Shown piece after piece: positions 12,232-23,163 of a stretch of 64,000 nt of DNA. Position numbers and translations under genes: made by a program. Below the pieces are notes generated by a model. That model ran no database searches, was not told the origin of the DNA, and worked only from the letters and a program-made list of their open reading frames with translations. The DNA is taken from positions 1,480,699 to 1,544,698 of the forward strand of contig CM082581.2 of assembly GCA_040954595.2 (NCBI GenBank). The letters run 5' to 3'. This DNA comes from Balanoglossus misakiensis (lineage: Eukaryota; Animalia; Hemichordata). Numbering within the stretch: position 1 is the stretch's first letter; every line of letters begins with the position of its first letter.

Positions 12232-12444
12232 CATACAGAGTCACTTAATAGCAAGATTTTGTGAGGTTATTGAGATGTAAAAAATAGGCTTTTCAATTAC
12301 CATCTTGAGACAATTATCATTCAAGTGTTACTATGCAGTGCTTACTTGTAAACTGTCAAATTCCAAAACCAGTTATTTTTTACACTTGATACACCCACAA
12401 ATTATTTGGGAACACTGACAAACACTGTTAAAAGACACACTCAC

Positions 12445-12563
12445 CAATCCAACCATGGTTCGCTGTTTCATTGGAAGTCTCTTCAATCTGGTTTACAATC
12501 TCTGCTCCAGCATAACGATTTTCAGAATAACCCTCAATTACTGTCAAGTGCCCACCATAAAAT
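12445..12563 (-). CDS. Exon: C-type lectin domain, middle part (not in ORF track)
   Basis: FYGGHLTVIEGYSENRY..HGWIG; cag/gtgag; phase 2-1. Confidence 0.8.
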
Positions 12564-13273
12564 CTGAAAATAAACCAATTTATAACACATCAAACATGTT
12601 CCAAACTAATTTCGAAATTCCAGTCCGTGAATAATACATTTCCTCTTTGAAAACATTTAATATTGGTGAATAAGAGGTTCATAAATGTATAACATTAGAT
12701 TTTTGTTTGTAAAGTCTATATTTTGTGTTACACCTTTCCAATAAGTGTGTGATTAGTGTAGATTTCGGCAGAATTTCTGGGAAAAAAGAATCTGTGAAAA
12801 ATTCACCTGAATTTTGGGGAGAAAAAAAATTGCTGAACGTTTCCTTTGAATAAAAAAGTTCAGCTTATTTCTTTTAGAGAAAACATGACAATGTCCAGGA
12901 AATGGCTGTTGTTGTTTTTTTTTTGGTGTGAATAAACTTAAAAGACAAATTCTGATACAGTTGCATCAAGGTGATGGAAGAAAATCCCAGATTAACAGGA
13001 TATTTGGAGAATTTATCCAGAATTTCAAAATTAGTTCGAAATGTGACATTGTGTTATCAATGATCTGTGTTGAGCAGTCGAACGATGAACGGGTAGTTGA
13101 CAATTCCCACGAGCACACCCGTATCTTTCCTCGGTAGTTGCGCCGGGCCGGTCGGCAATGTAACAGAAAAAGTGGTACTATATGCCAGCTGAGCCGTCGC
13201 TAGTCTACAATTCCGAGTCTACAAGGCCGTCTCTAACTAAAAATTATAATAACTATCGAGGTACGTGACAATT

Positions 13274-13641
13274 ATATCAGCGAATGTGGGGCTGGGGGTT
13301 GCTGCAGTTTGCAGCCCCTCCATCTCCCCTGGACGATTTTTGTTTTTGCGGGGCTGCAGGTCCCAGCTATTCTAAACCGCACAACGAGCGACCGGGATTT
13401 GGGCCCGGAGCGAATTTCTACACTCCAGACGTCTCCAGTCCACAATTTCCCACAATTTTTTCGCCAAATCGGTCCCGGAACCCATACAGCGCTTACCTGG
13501 CAAAGGATGTCGCGGTATTTGTCGATTTTGCCTACGTTTTCCCCAGTTATTCAACTTCAATCGGCAAAACCAAAACTCGTTCAGGGGAGATGGAGGGGCT
13601 GCAAACTGCAGCAAGGGCTGGGGGCTGCAGGCAGAATATAT
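13274..13641. mobile_element. MITE-like element with ~50-bp inverted repeats
   Basis: TTGCTGCAGTTTGCAGCCCCTCCATCTCCCCTG (13299) and its reverse complement ending at ~13612; outer ends approximate. Confidence 0.65.
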
Positions 13642-16600
13642 GACCAAAGGATACGCGTGAAAAAAAGACAATTACCTACTTTGCTACCGTGGGTCTTTGA
13701 CTAATTAAAACATGATAACGTGCATCAAAGCCAGCCGAGGCTTCAGGGGCATAGTATTCCTGAGTTTATACGCGAAGAAACCAAGAAATATTCATGAGTA
13801 TGTAGACGGAACTTGTCTTTTAGCTCAAATTTGACCTGGCTTGAGGTCACTGTGACAGCGCAGCCAGCGGTAGAATTGGGGTAGGCATGAAGAACATATC
13901 TACTACAAAAACTGGTGAGGGCGGGGGGGGGGAGATGGGGGGGGGTGGGGTGGGGGGCTTTTCAGTTTAGTCACGGTCCTTGGTTTTGGCCTTCGGCTTC
14001 ACTAGAAAAGCCAAAAAACCACAATGCCGAAGGCCAACTCGTCGAAGCACCTGGTACGTCTATGGCAGAAGTCAGTATTTACATGTTCTGACTCGGTACA
14101 CGCCATACACTTGCCAAGAGATTCCACGAGGAATACCATGATGATGAACGGCTCGGGCGTCTTCGTGTGCACGAAGACACGATACTAGACTTCATTGACC
14201 CTGTCTCATTCTTTTCTTTTCATGCGCATAAGGACATGAAAAGTCGACCTAACCTTTTGTTTTATCACTTACTGTGGTTTTATAGGGATGCTGTGAGTGA
14301 AAAAGTGGCACATTCGGGTTGTTGCCTTATACTTAATTTCTCCATTTCTATTGGAGCAGGCTACACCGGGCCCAGGGTCGAACTTAAACCAATTTGCAGC
14401 CGTGATGGTCGAACAATGTCCGACAAACTTTAGGCACGTCAAGCTTATGCCTTCCTGGGTCGCCCGACAAGAATGAACTTCTATTTTAACGATAGGGCCT
14501 ATTCCAATCGATACCCGCCGTATCAGTCACGCAATAATGAACACGAAATCCAGATCCCCCAGAATGATGTTTCACTAGACTCGGGGAGAGTGCTGTTTAG
14601 TACCAACAGGCAATTAAAGGTATACGGTCACCTATGGAAAATTAGCTATAGTTACCATGGCAAATTGAGATGTAGCCAATCACAGATTTTTAGTGGGTGG
14701 CACACGCGATAAAAGAGCGCCGCCATATGTTCTCATCTCAGCCATATATGGTCCTATGTAACCACCTCATGTCATTTACAGAATTGGAACACCCTAAAGA
14801 ATGTCATGCAGACAATGTCACGTGTTGTTCCATGACCAACCAAACAACAAACTCATGTCCAAATCAATTAAATTCCAAAGAATGCTCCAAATATGCAGAA
14901 TTGCCACGCAAGTCGAGCATACTTAAGCACTCTGCACAACTGAAACATAAAATCCAAGCTTTTAACAATACAACAATAAACAATCCATTCTGATCGAATT
15001 AATGACCAAATAAAACGAAAAACACAACTCGACCCACAAAAAGTATACGAAGCGCTTTTAATCGCTCATTAATGTTTGATCTCGAGGAGACGTGTTAAAA
15101 AATCCGCTATGAAAAGCAGGGGAGAACAATAGCCTATTTTTACCAGGTAAACAAACACCAGGTAAAAATCCACCCATGCTTCCAGACCGCTCTAGGATAG
15201 TGATCCACCCAATGAAACTGTATCTCTTTAACTTTAATTTGCAAACTCGTGGAATTGATCATTTTATAAATCGCTCCATTTTGACGTTTTCTCTGTGGTT
15301 TGTTAATACGAATTTTGTCTGTGCCAAATCTGTCCTCTAATACTGTCACTTGTATTAGAGTTCAAATAACACAGAAGTATAATACAACGTTTTGAAAAAG
15401 ACAGACATTTTTCGTGGGAACGGTGATATACTTAGGCCACACTCGAGCTAAAAACAAAAGTCTATATTTTATCAAAAATGCCTTGGACGCACAAACATCT
15501 ACAGGATGTGGAAGGGGCGGGTCAAAACCGCGATCTACAACTGTGCCCCCCCCCCCCCCGGCTGTCTTGCTTCTATTTGGAGTGTCAATGTGTGATTTAG
15601 CGTTGTTTGCGGCAGATACTAAGCTTTGTTCTTGTTTCACTCCATTTGCTGCATTGTGCTGTGCTCTGGTATTTCTCCAGGGTCTACGGTTACACTATAG
15701 GCTGATTAGTCGTATCTTTACTACACAGACAAAAAACTTCGAAGCTTTATGTCTGTGCCTTTTATGAACAAGCATCGTCCGATTCGAATTCGACTCGTCA
15801 TCGGTAGCTATGTTTATTTCGCCCTTGGAGACCTCCCCTGGCCTCGTTAGGATGACTGTTACCAGGACTACCTTAAACCAATCTTTTCGAACCGGACGGT
15901 ACACACGACATGTCTATGTTAATTGTCCAGGTACCAGAGTGTACGTGTGGGCTCCCTAAACCCCTCATTGGCGGCCGGTCCCTGTCCGAATAAACACGTT
16001 TGACAGACAAAAAATGATGAACAAGTGGCTTACTTCAATACTTCGTTAACTAGACGGCTGAACTCTGAATGTTGATTCAGCAAAAAAAATGTGTTTACGG
16101 CAAGGTTTTGATCAATACGACACATTTACCATTGAAAACGCCCAAAGTAAGTGGGGGCGTTTGACCATCAATCAAACCCACGCCCAGGTGCATGTGAACG
16201 GCCGAAGCAGTGTAACGTTTCACATTCCGTGCAACGTCCGACACTGTGTGAAAGCGGTTGCTGTCGGGTGGCTTGACCTAATTTTCGTACATTGATATGC
16301 ATTTGACACCTCACTACCTGTTTTCTTAATATTGCTAAAACTTTGCGTTGAAATATCACTGAAATGTTGATGATCCACGCACAAGTCGTCTACCCCGGCA
16401 TGAAAAGCTTTTATACAAGAAAACTAATTGCACATGACCACCAAGGTCATACCGCAAGGTGTGTCTAAATGTCAAGGAAGGACATTGGGAGGGGGGACTT
16501 GGGTCGAGAACGACCATGACGGAGGAAAAACCGACAAGTCATTGTGTAACCTGTTTACTTGCCAATAGTCAAACGTCAAAATTTACTCTCAACTTGGTTG

Positions 16601-17289
16601 CAGATCGAGTCTCCCGAATTTCCAACTTTTATGATTGGGTAAATACCGATATGCGACTGGTATGCGACGCGTTGACGACGCGAAGATTTTGTTGAAATCA
16701 AATGGTTTGTCAAATGTCATCTCACAGTGGAGATACCGTGGTCATCTGACATGAAAGGGTTCGATTGGGTCTGACCGCCGTCGTTCATCCATGCTTAGAA
16801 AGCGGCGATCATGGTACAATGTAAAACCAAGGTCAAACCTTACTGAACACATGTATTGCATGGAGAAACTTTTCTCCCTGTCTGTGTACTGAACACGTAC
16901 CGTGATTGCCATAGTTACAAACGTTACCACGTGAGAGAGAGTGCATTTTACATCTGTCTTTTCAATTTTGTTGCTTTCTTACTATTCGGAATGATGGAGT
17001 CGAAACGAAAACTTTTTGCTTCAGGTGGACCTAGGGGAAATACCTTATTTGTGACTTTTTTCATGACCCTAAAAAGACGTCGGAATTAATGTGGCTGAGG
17101 TCACTCAGGACGACGGAATGGTTGAGCGATTTTATTTTATGAGCTCCCACTAGTATTTGTTTTATTGTTTCGGCAGTGTGTCGCGTTATTCGAGCAATCT
17201 GCAGTCTGAAAACGAACGGTTTTCAAAGTTTATAACAGAAGAACAGGGGTTTAAGCATGAAAGGTCCTGTTGTCTCCCTCGCTGTGTTT

Positions 17290-17512
17290 GTGTCACTGTG
17301 TCTTTGACGTCTGACTGACTGATTAACTGGCTGACTGACTTACTGACTGTCTGTCAACGTCGGTCTGTCTGACTGTCTGCCCCCTCTCTCTGAGAGAGAG
17401 AGAGAGTGAGCGAGCGAGCGAGCGAGCGACCGATGAGTGTCTCTACTGATGAATGTTGCTCTGTCTGTCTGCTTGTGTCTGTCTGCCACTCTGCCTGTTT
17501 CACTCTGTCTCT
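17290..17512. repeat. Compound microsatellite (GACT/GTCT, GA, GAGC)
   Basis: Visible tandem tetra- and dinucleotides. Confidence 0.8.
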
Positions 17513-18143
17513 CCTAATTTCTTTAAATTTAGGGATATGCTATTAATGCGATATGAAAGTCAGACACGACGGAAACCTTTTATTCTCAAAACTGTCTGTT
17601 GTTTGCTGTTAAATATTGCAAAAGGTTAAGGGCCCTTTTCGCACGAGACACATGGCTTTGCAGCCGTAGCTCCCAATGTCATAACGATTACCCGAACTAC
17701 CCTAATTTTAGCCCGCCGACCCAAAACAGTTTAGATCTTCGTAAACCGGAAGTAAAAATAACGATGTCAAATATACAACAATTCATGAAAATTGCGAGAA
17801 TCACGCAAGAACTATGATGTCATTCTTCTACACTACGACGGCCAAAGATATAAAAAAATTGAAAAATAAAAAAATGTCCCTTTCTACCTACCCTATTTTT
17901 GAAAACCATGTAATCGGAATAGCACATATTAGTTTTTTTGGCCTGAGACATATCCAATTTCCCAACTGAACATGACACGTGATCAAGCATTTTCGACTTA
18001 TCAGATGCAATCGCTGAACACCTCACACTAAGCGAGGTTTTGTCTGTCTTTATACGCGCCCTTTGTATTTGTGCGTGACATGTCCAAGCCTTGTTAGGAT
18101 CTCCCATAAAATTCTACTCAATGATGTATACTTTCATACTTAC

Positions 18144-18225
18144 GACTGACAGGTATTTTCAGCGTTGCCAGCTGATTGTTTGTCAGGTACCGCTTTATAA
18201 CAAGACGCCCCTCTGAGTTGATAAC
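18144..18225 (-). CDS. Exon: C-type lectin domain, N-terminal part (not in ORF track)
   Basis: GYQLRGASCYKAVPDKQSAGNAENTCQS; cag/gtaag; phase 1-2 joins the 12445-12563 exon. Confidence 0.75.
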
Positions 18226-18292
18226 CTGCAATGTAACATCATTCAATTGGTCTAGTCATGTTAGCATTAGTAAAATGCTTCAAAAGTGTTAA

Positions 18293-18583
18293 AGGGACAT
18301 GATACAAGACACCGTTTATGTTAGTGAATGAACGTTCAACCACACACAACTTCCATCCCGCTTGTATGATACGAGAGTAAAAACCCGCCCGAAATGAATA
18401 AATGGTAGAGACCGTTTATTCATTTTGGCGACTTTTTAAAACTCTCGTGTCTATACAAGCGGAGTGGAAGGTGTGTATGGTTGAACGTTGATTCACTATA
18501 TCCACATGTAGAATAATATAAACGCAGTCTTGTATCAAACATAATTAATGGAAAAAGGGCAGCGAGAGAGAGACTTTGTCCCT
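18293..18583. mobile_element. MITE family B copy
   Basis: TTAA|AGGGACA...TTTGTCCCT|TTAA. Confidence 0.75.
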
Positions 18584-18922
18584 TTAATGAATACAGCCAC
18601 AATGTTCTGTTTATATCTACTGACGGACCAGGCATGGATTGTCACGTATAATTCTTTGAAACGTTTGGTCCTCTGAAGAAATCTGAGCACTCATCTACTC
18701 AGTTTGCTTATTTTGTCTTCCTCCACCAGTCAGTGGTATCGTCCGATTTGATACTCCACTCTAAGCCTCTTTCTGAATGGCTATTTAAGTTGTGATCTGT
18801 AAGTCTTAAACCTTTCATCACCCCCCCCCCCGTTTCCTCTTTAGAGGTCCAACATTACCATAGAAAACAATTGGTTTTGACTGAACCATGTTGGTGAAAG
18901 GGCTAGGGTCAATTCAACTTAC

Positions 18923-18980
18923 CTTCTGGACATTCATATTTCACAAAGGGTGTTCCAAACAGTGCTCCAAGATCCAATTG
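18923..18980 (-). CDS. Exon leading into the lectin domain
   Basis: QLDLGALFGTPFVKYECPE(G); cag/gtaag; phase 0-1 gives CPEGY..SCY. Confidence 0.65.
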
Positions 18981-19374
18981 CTGTTACAAATAAACAATAA
19001 GTTAGCTGCCAGTACACTCAATGATGTACGCGCAGAACGTCAACTGGTAAACAGTGCGCCTGTGTCTCTTCCCATAGGAGTACATGGAGAATAGTTAGAA
19101 AACTCCCTTCTATTATTGTCATTTTCAGGAAATTTTACACATAGCTCCGACAAATCAAAATAAATTCACCACGGTCTATTTTGAGATAAACTTTGTTCAA
19201 TATTGTATCCATAGGCAAACCATTGGTAGAAAATGCTGACCGTCAGCAGTTTTCTTCAATTATCGACTAAATTCACGGCCTTGTTTAAAGTCGAAAACAA
19301 GTGCAGTGACCCAAAATGGATTTTCATTATACATACAAATCAGAAACGAAAATCCACGATTAAAAGAAATGACA

Positions 19375-19671
19375 ATACAAAACACCGTTTATGTTAATGT
19401 AAATGTGGATATATAGTGATGCAACGTTCAACCGCACACACCTTCCATCCCGCATGTAGACACGAGAGCGAAAACTCGCCAAACTGAAAAATCGGTCTCT
19501 ACCATTTATTCATTTTGGGCGAGTTTTTACTCTCATATCATACAAGCAGGATGGAAGTTGTGTGTGGTTGAACGTTCATTCACTACATATACACATGCCC
19601 ATTAATATAAACGGTGTCTTGTATCAAACATTATTAATAGAAAAGGGCGACGGGAGAGAGAGTTTGCCCCT
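19375..19671. mobile_element. MITE family B copy, left end missing
   Basis: Homologous to 5644-5992; ends TTTGCCCCT|TTAA. Confidence 0.7.
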
Positions 19672-21212
19672 TTAAGGCGACATGATGCATGAAGTGGCGA
19701 GAGATAAACGCGACTGACCACCGCATTAAACACTGTCAAGCAAGGCACTTCAAATGCCAATTGTTTAAGTGTGTACTAAGTAATAGCTTCATGTACCATG
19801 TCCTGGGGGGGGGGGGGGGTCAAATCACAACAGTTGGACATGTACGAATATGAAGAGACGATATCAGTTTTTTCATGTCTTCCTTTAGTAAACAATCTTT
19901 TTTGAACTTTGTATAGAATTCATTGAACTTTACTTTAGCTTATGAACTCTCATTTGCACATCGTCATCTTGAAATTGTGTCGACTTTATCATAAGGTTTT
20001 TATAACTCAACTAGGTCGCAAAACCTATTTAAGTTAGTGAGAATAGGACGTTCACCATTTGGGTTGATGGCTACAGACATTAATCCTGACTCATACACAT
20101 GTTGCAGCCAGTATACTCTGCAGACATTGGACACAATAGTTTTACTAACCATTGAATTTTATTGGACCATCAAGTTTATTGACCCATGACGTTCATATAG
20201 ATTGTATGACACGACTGACGCTATAATCGGTCCATACCTTCGGCGAGCCAAGTGTTTTATAACATCATAAGATATTAATACCTATCACCCAGTCAAACGA
20301 TTTCAAGTTATACAATTTCCACGCCAATAGGACGCCTTTAGGTGGAAATGCAACCAGGTATCCTGAATAGGAAAATATTCCGGGTATCTGTCAAGTTTAG
20401 TCCCATATTTAGGGGACCAAGAGCCCTCAGGCGCTTGGTCCCCTTCTGTTATTGCTGGAGTTTGTCTTCTTTCTTCTTGAGTCGTTTTTTTGCGCCCGTT
20501 TTTCTCTGAAATTCCGGCAGGTGCGCCTTCCAAATTTGGCACGGTGGTTGGGGCCCATAGTACTGGTGCACCAGCCCTTTGAATTTGTAATTAGTCACGT
20601 GACTTTGTTGCTATAATCGAGCGAAATTTTCAAATTGACCTAATTTGCACGTTAATGGGGGCATGTACATTCTTTTCGCGATTTTTGTAGACCATGTGGC
20701 CAAAATCCCCTGTGCCAAATTTCAAGGTCCTAGGCCACGTCGATTTTGAGAAGAAGATTTTTGTAATATTTTTTCGCTTTTTTTGGTGGGCTGAGGACGG
20801 ACACTGGGGCATCGGACTTTGACCGTCATTACGTTATGTTGTGGAGATCTCATTAGCAGGCTACTCACTTCTGGCGGGTTGCAGTAGTCCTTGGAAAATC
20901 GGCTGAAATACGTAAACAGACCAGTGATTATTTTCCACGGAATGAATTTTGGGACAACACATTATCGGAGTTCAGGCTGTGTTAGGGCGTTTTATTGAAT
21001 TACGCTGAGTTTGGATTGACCACTGTGTTACCACTGAAATTTCTCATAGCAATGTTCTTTCAATTTCGAGTCTTTGCAATGTTGTTGACTCCGACCATAT
21101 TCCTGTTTCAATAGAGGTTCATTTCAACACTTCTGCTGATGAAAGCTTCAGCAGTAGTTCCTTCAAGCAATGTAATTTTCGAGTTGATTGGAAAAAATTG
21201 TCACAGCAGAAT

Positions 21213-21999
21213 AGTAGTATACGTGGCTACTTGGGGACTCATTACATATTCATATATTCATATATTCATGTATTCATATTATATATTCATGTATTCATGA
21301 GATGCAGATATGTTAATGAGGTGGCTACTTGGGGACTCATTACATATTCATATATTCATATATTCATGTATTCATATTATATATTCATGTATTCATGAGA
21401 TGCAGATATGTTAATGAGGTGGCTACTTGAGGACTCATTATATATTCAAATATTCATATATTCATGTATTCATATCATATATTCATGAATTCATGAGATG
21501 CAGATATGTTAATGAGGTGGCTACTTGGGGACTCGTTATATATTCAAATATTCATATATTCATGTATTCATATCATATATTCATGTATTCATAAGATGCA
21601 GATATGCTAATGATGAGGTGGCTATTTGGGTACTCGTTAATATTCATATTATTAATGAGATGCAGGTATTTTTATGGAGTAGGTGTTTAATAAGTATGGT
21701 AATGATATGAAATATTTTCATGGGGATGTTAATTAAAAGTATAGAAAGTTATTGAATTCGGCAAGACTTCTATTTAATTAACCCCCACGTGGTCGGTGGC
21801 TACTTGGGTACCGATAAGGGGGTCATTCTCATAGGTGTTGATAGGGAGGCGTTTCAGAGAGGGGGGTCATACTTAATATGGTAATGATATGAAATATTTT
21901 CATGGAGACGTAAATTAAAAGTATAGAAAGTTATTGAATTCGGCGATGTTTCTATTTAATTAACCCCCACGTGGTCGGTGGCTACTTGAGTACCGATAA
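21213..21999 (+). repeat. Left TIR of the Maverick (4 x ~98-bp plus 2 x ~182-bp-period subrepeats)
   Basis: Reverse complement of 35395-36083; GTGGCTA units start at 21223, 21321, 21419, 21517, 21618. Confidence 0.95.
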
Positions 22000-22141
22000 G
22001 AGGGTCATTCTCATACATGTGATGATGGGTAGGCGTTTCAGAGTGGGGCATAAAAAGCTGGTCAGACTGACTCTCCAGCATTCCGGTAAAGCCACCGTCT
22101 TCATAACATTACCAGGCTTATTCATCGTCATCAGCGTTACG

Positions 22142-22675
22142 ATGTCTCGCAAAACATCCGACGGGCAGATATCATCAGAGGCCGGTAACCATGAAAAACG
22201 TTTTGCGCTCAACCAACGAGGGAAATACGTGTCAATTTCAACGTGGAAGGGCAGCGTGAAAGTTCATATCCGCCAGTATGATGAGAAAAATCTACCGACA
22301 CGTAAGGGTCTTGCCTTGGACGTTGGCGAATGGGAGATTCTCAAGTCACATATTGCTAACATAGATGACGCGGTTGGTGATGTAATTGATGTTCTGCAGA
22401 ATTCTACGCCATCGAGACAGGAACCTCCAGCTCTACAGAAGAGACATCATAGACACATCCCTAGAATGACGACTGCTGTAGTACATGCTACGGAGAGACG
22501 GGGTAGGAAACCCTATGATAGAGAGACCAGCACACCGTTGTCATCGAGGATCAACTACCCGCCGCGGGAATTGGCGGGGATGACTTCGTGGGAGGCGCCT
22601 ATGACGAAAAGTGATTACGAAGGTCTTGCAGAGCCTCTATGTCCACCGATGTCAACGAACTATAGTAATGAATGA
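22142..22675 (+). CDS. PC4/Sub1-like ssDNA-binding (transcriptional coactivator) domain protein
   Basis: RFALNQRGKYVSISTWKGSVKVHIRQYD..LPTRKGLALDVGEWEILK..IDDAV fits the PC4 signature; first ATG outside the TIR chosen as start. Confidence 0.8.
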   Translation: MSRKTSDGQISSEAGNHEKRFALNQRGKYVSISTWKGSVKVHIRQYDEKNLPTRKGLALDVGEWEILKSHIANIDDAVGDVIDVLQNSTPSRQEPPALQKRHHRHIPRMTTAVVHATERRGRKPYDRETSTPLSSRINYPPRELAGMTSWEAPMTKSDYEGLAEPLCPPMSTNYSNE

Positions 22676-23163
22676 GTGAACAAAATAACTTTTAACCATG
22701 GACAGAAAACTGATATCACACCGTGTTTCTTTTTCTTTTCTTTTTTTTACTTGAAAATCTGTTTTGATGTGTTATTGCGTGTTTTTTTTTTTCTTACTTT
22801 CGAAATATATACTATTATTTCTAGCTGATGGTGCTATTAAAATTTACGATTAATTATGTGAAACAGAAAACACTTTGTTGTTTTATGAGTGATTGTTTGT
22901 GTGCGTGTGCTTCTATCAAAAGCCCTCCCTCCCCACTTTGATAATCATATTTATTGTTAAATTTTTTAACGAAGATAAATCTAAATGATTTACATCGATA
23001 CTGATCAGTCTATGATAACCCCTGTCTAGAGACGGATGTCATTGTAGGAACATGTCGTGCTGTGGATGGTTACCCCTGCGATTTTCACGCCTATTCAATC
23101 GTGTGAAATGTGTGTGTGCGTGTTTTGGTAGTCGTATTGTGGTTAAAAACTCAACATTCACGG

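Larger units (their letters stand above)
255..18980 (-). pseudogene. Multi-exon gene for an extracellular C-type lectin + 3 CUB + 4 CCP/sushi + Ca-binding EGF protein (uninflatable/SVEP-like), probably disabled; runs off the left window edge; first exon not found
   Basis: About 15 exons, most with GT-AG boundaries, can be joined by hand in compatible phases. Lesions: TGA at the conserved CUB Trp (7082-7084), frameshift and truncation in the CCP exon 2651-2751, and a non-canonical acceptor at 6280-6281. Confidence 0.7.

Noticed and set aside
13284-13704. Overlapping 99-131-aa ORFs
   Set aside because: They lie within a GC-rich inverted-repeat MITE; no domain recognised
14160-17250. Possible large DNA-transposon remnant and many short ORFs in the long lectin intron
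   Set aside because: Only weak end similarity; no convincing TIR/TSD or transposase motif by eye
21198-21710. Short Tyr/Ile/His-rich ORFs (and the mirror at 35684-35869)
   Set aside because: Translations of TIR subrepeats
21971-22141. Shared N-terminus MVGGYLSTDK in ORFs 21971+ and 35422-
   Set aside because: GTG starts inside the identical TIRs; downstream ATGs (22142, 35350) are more plausible
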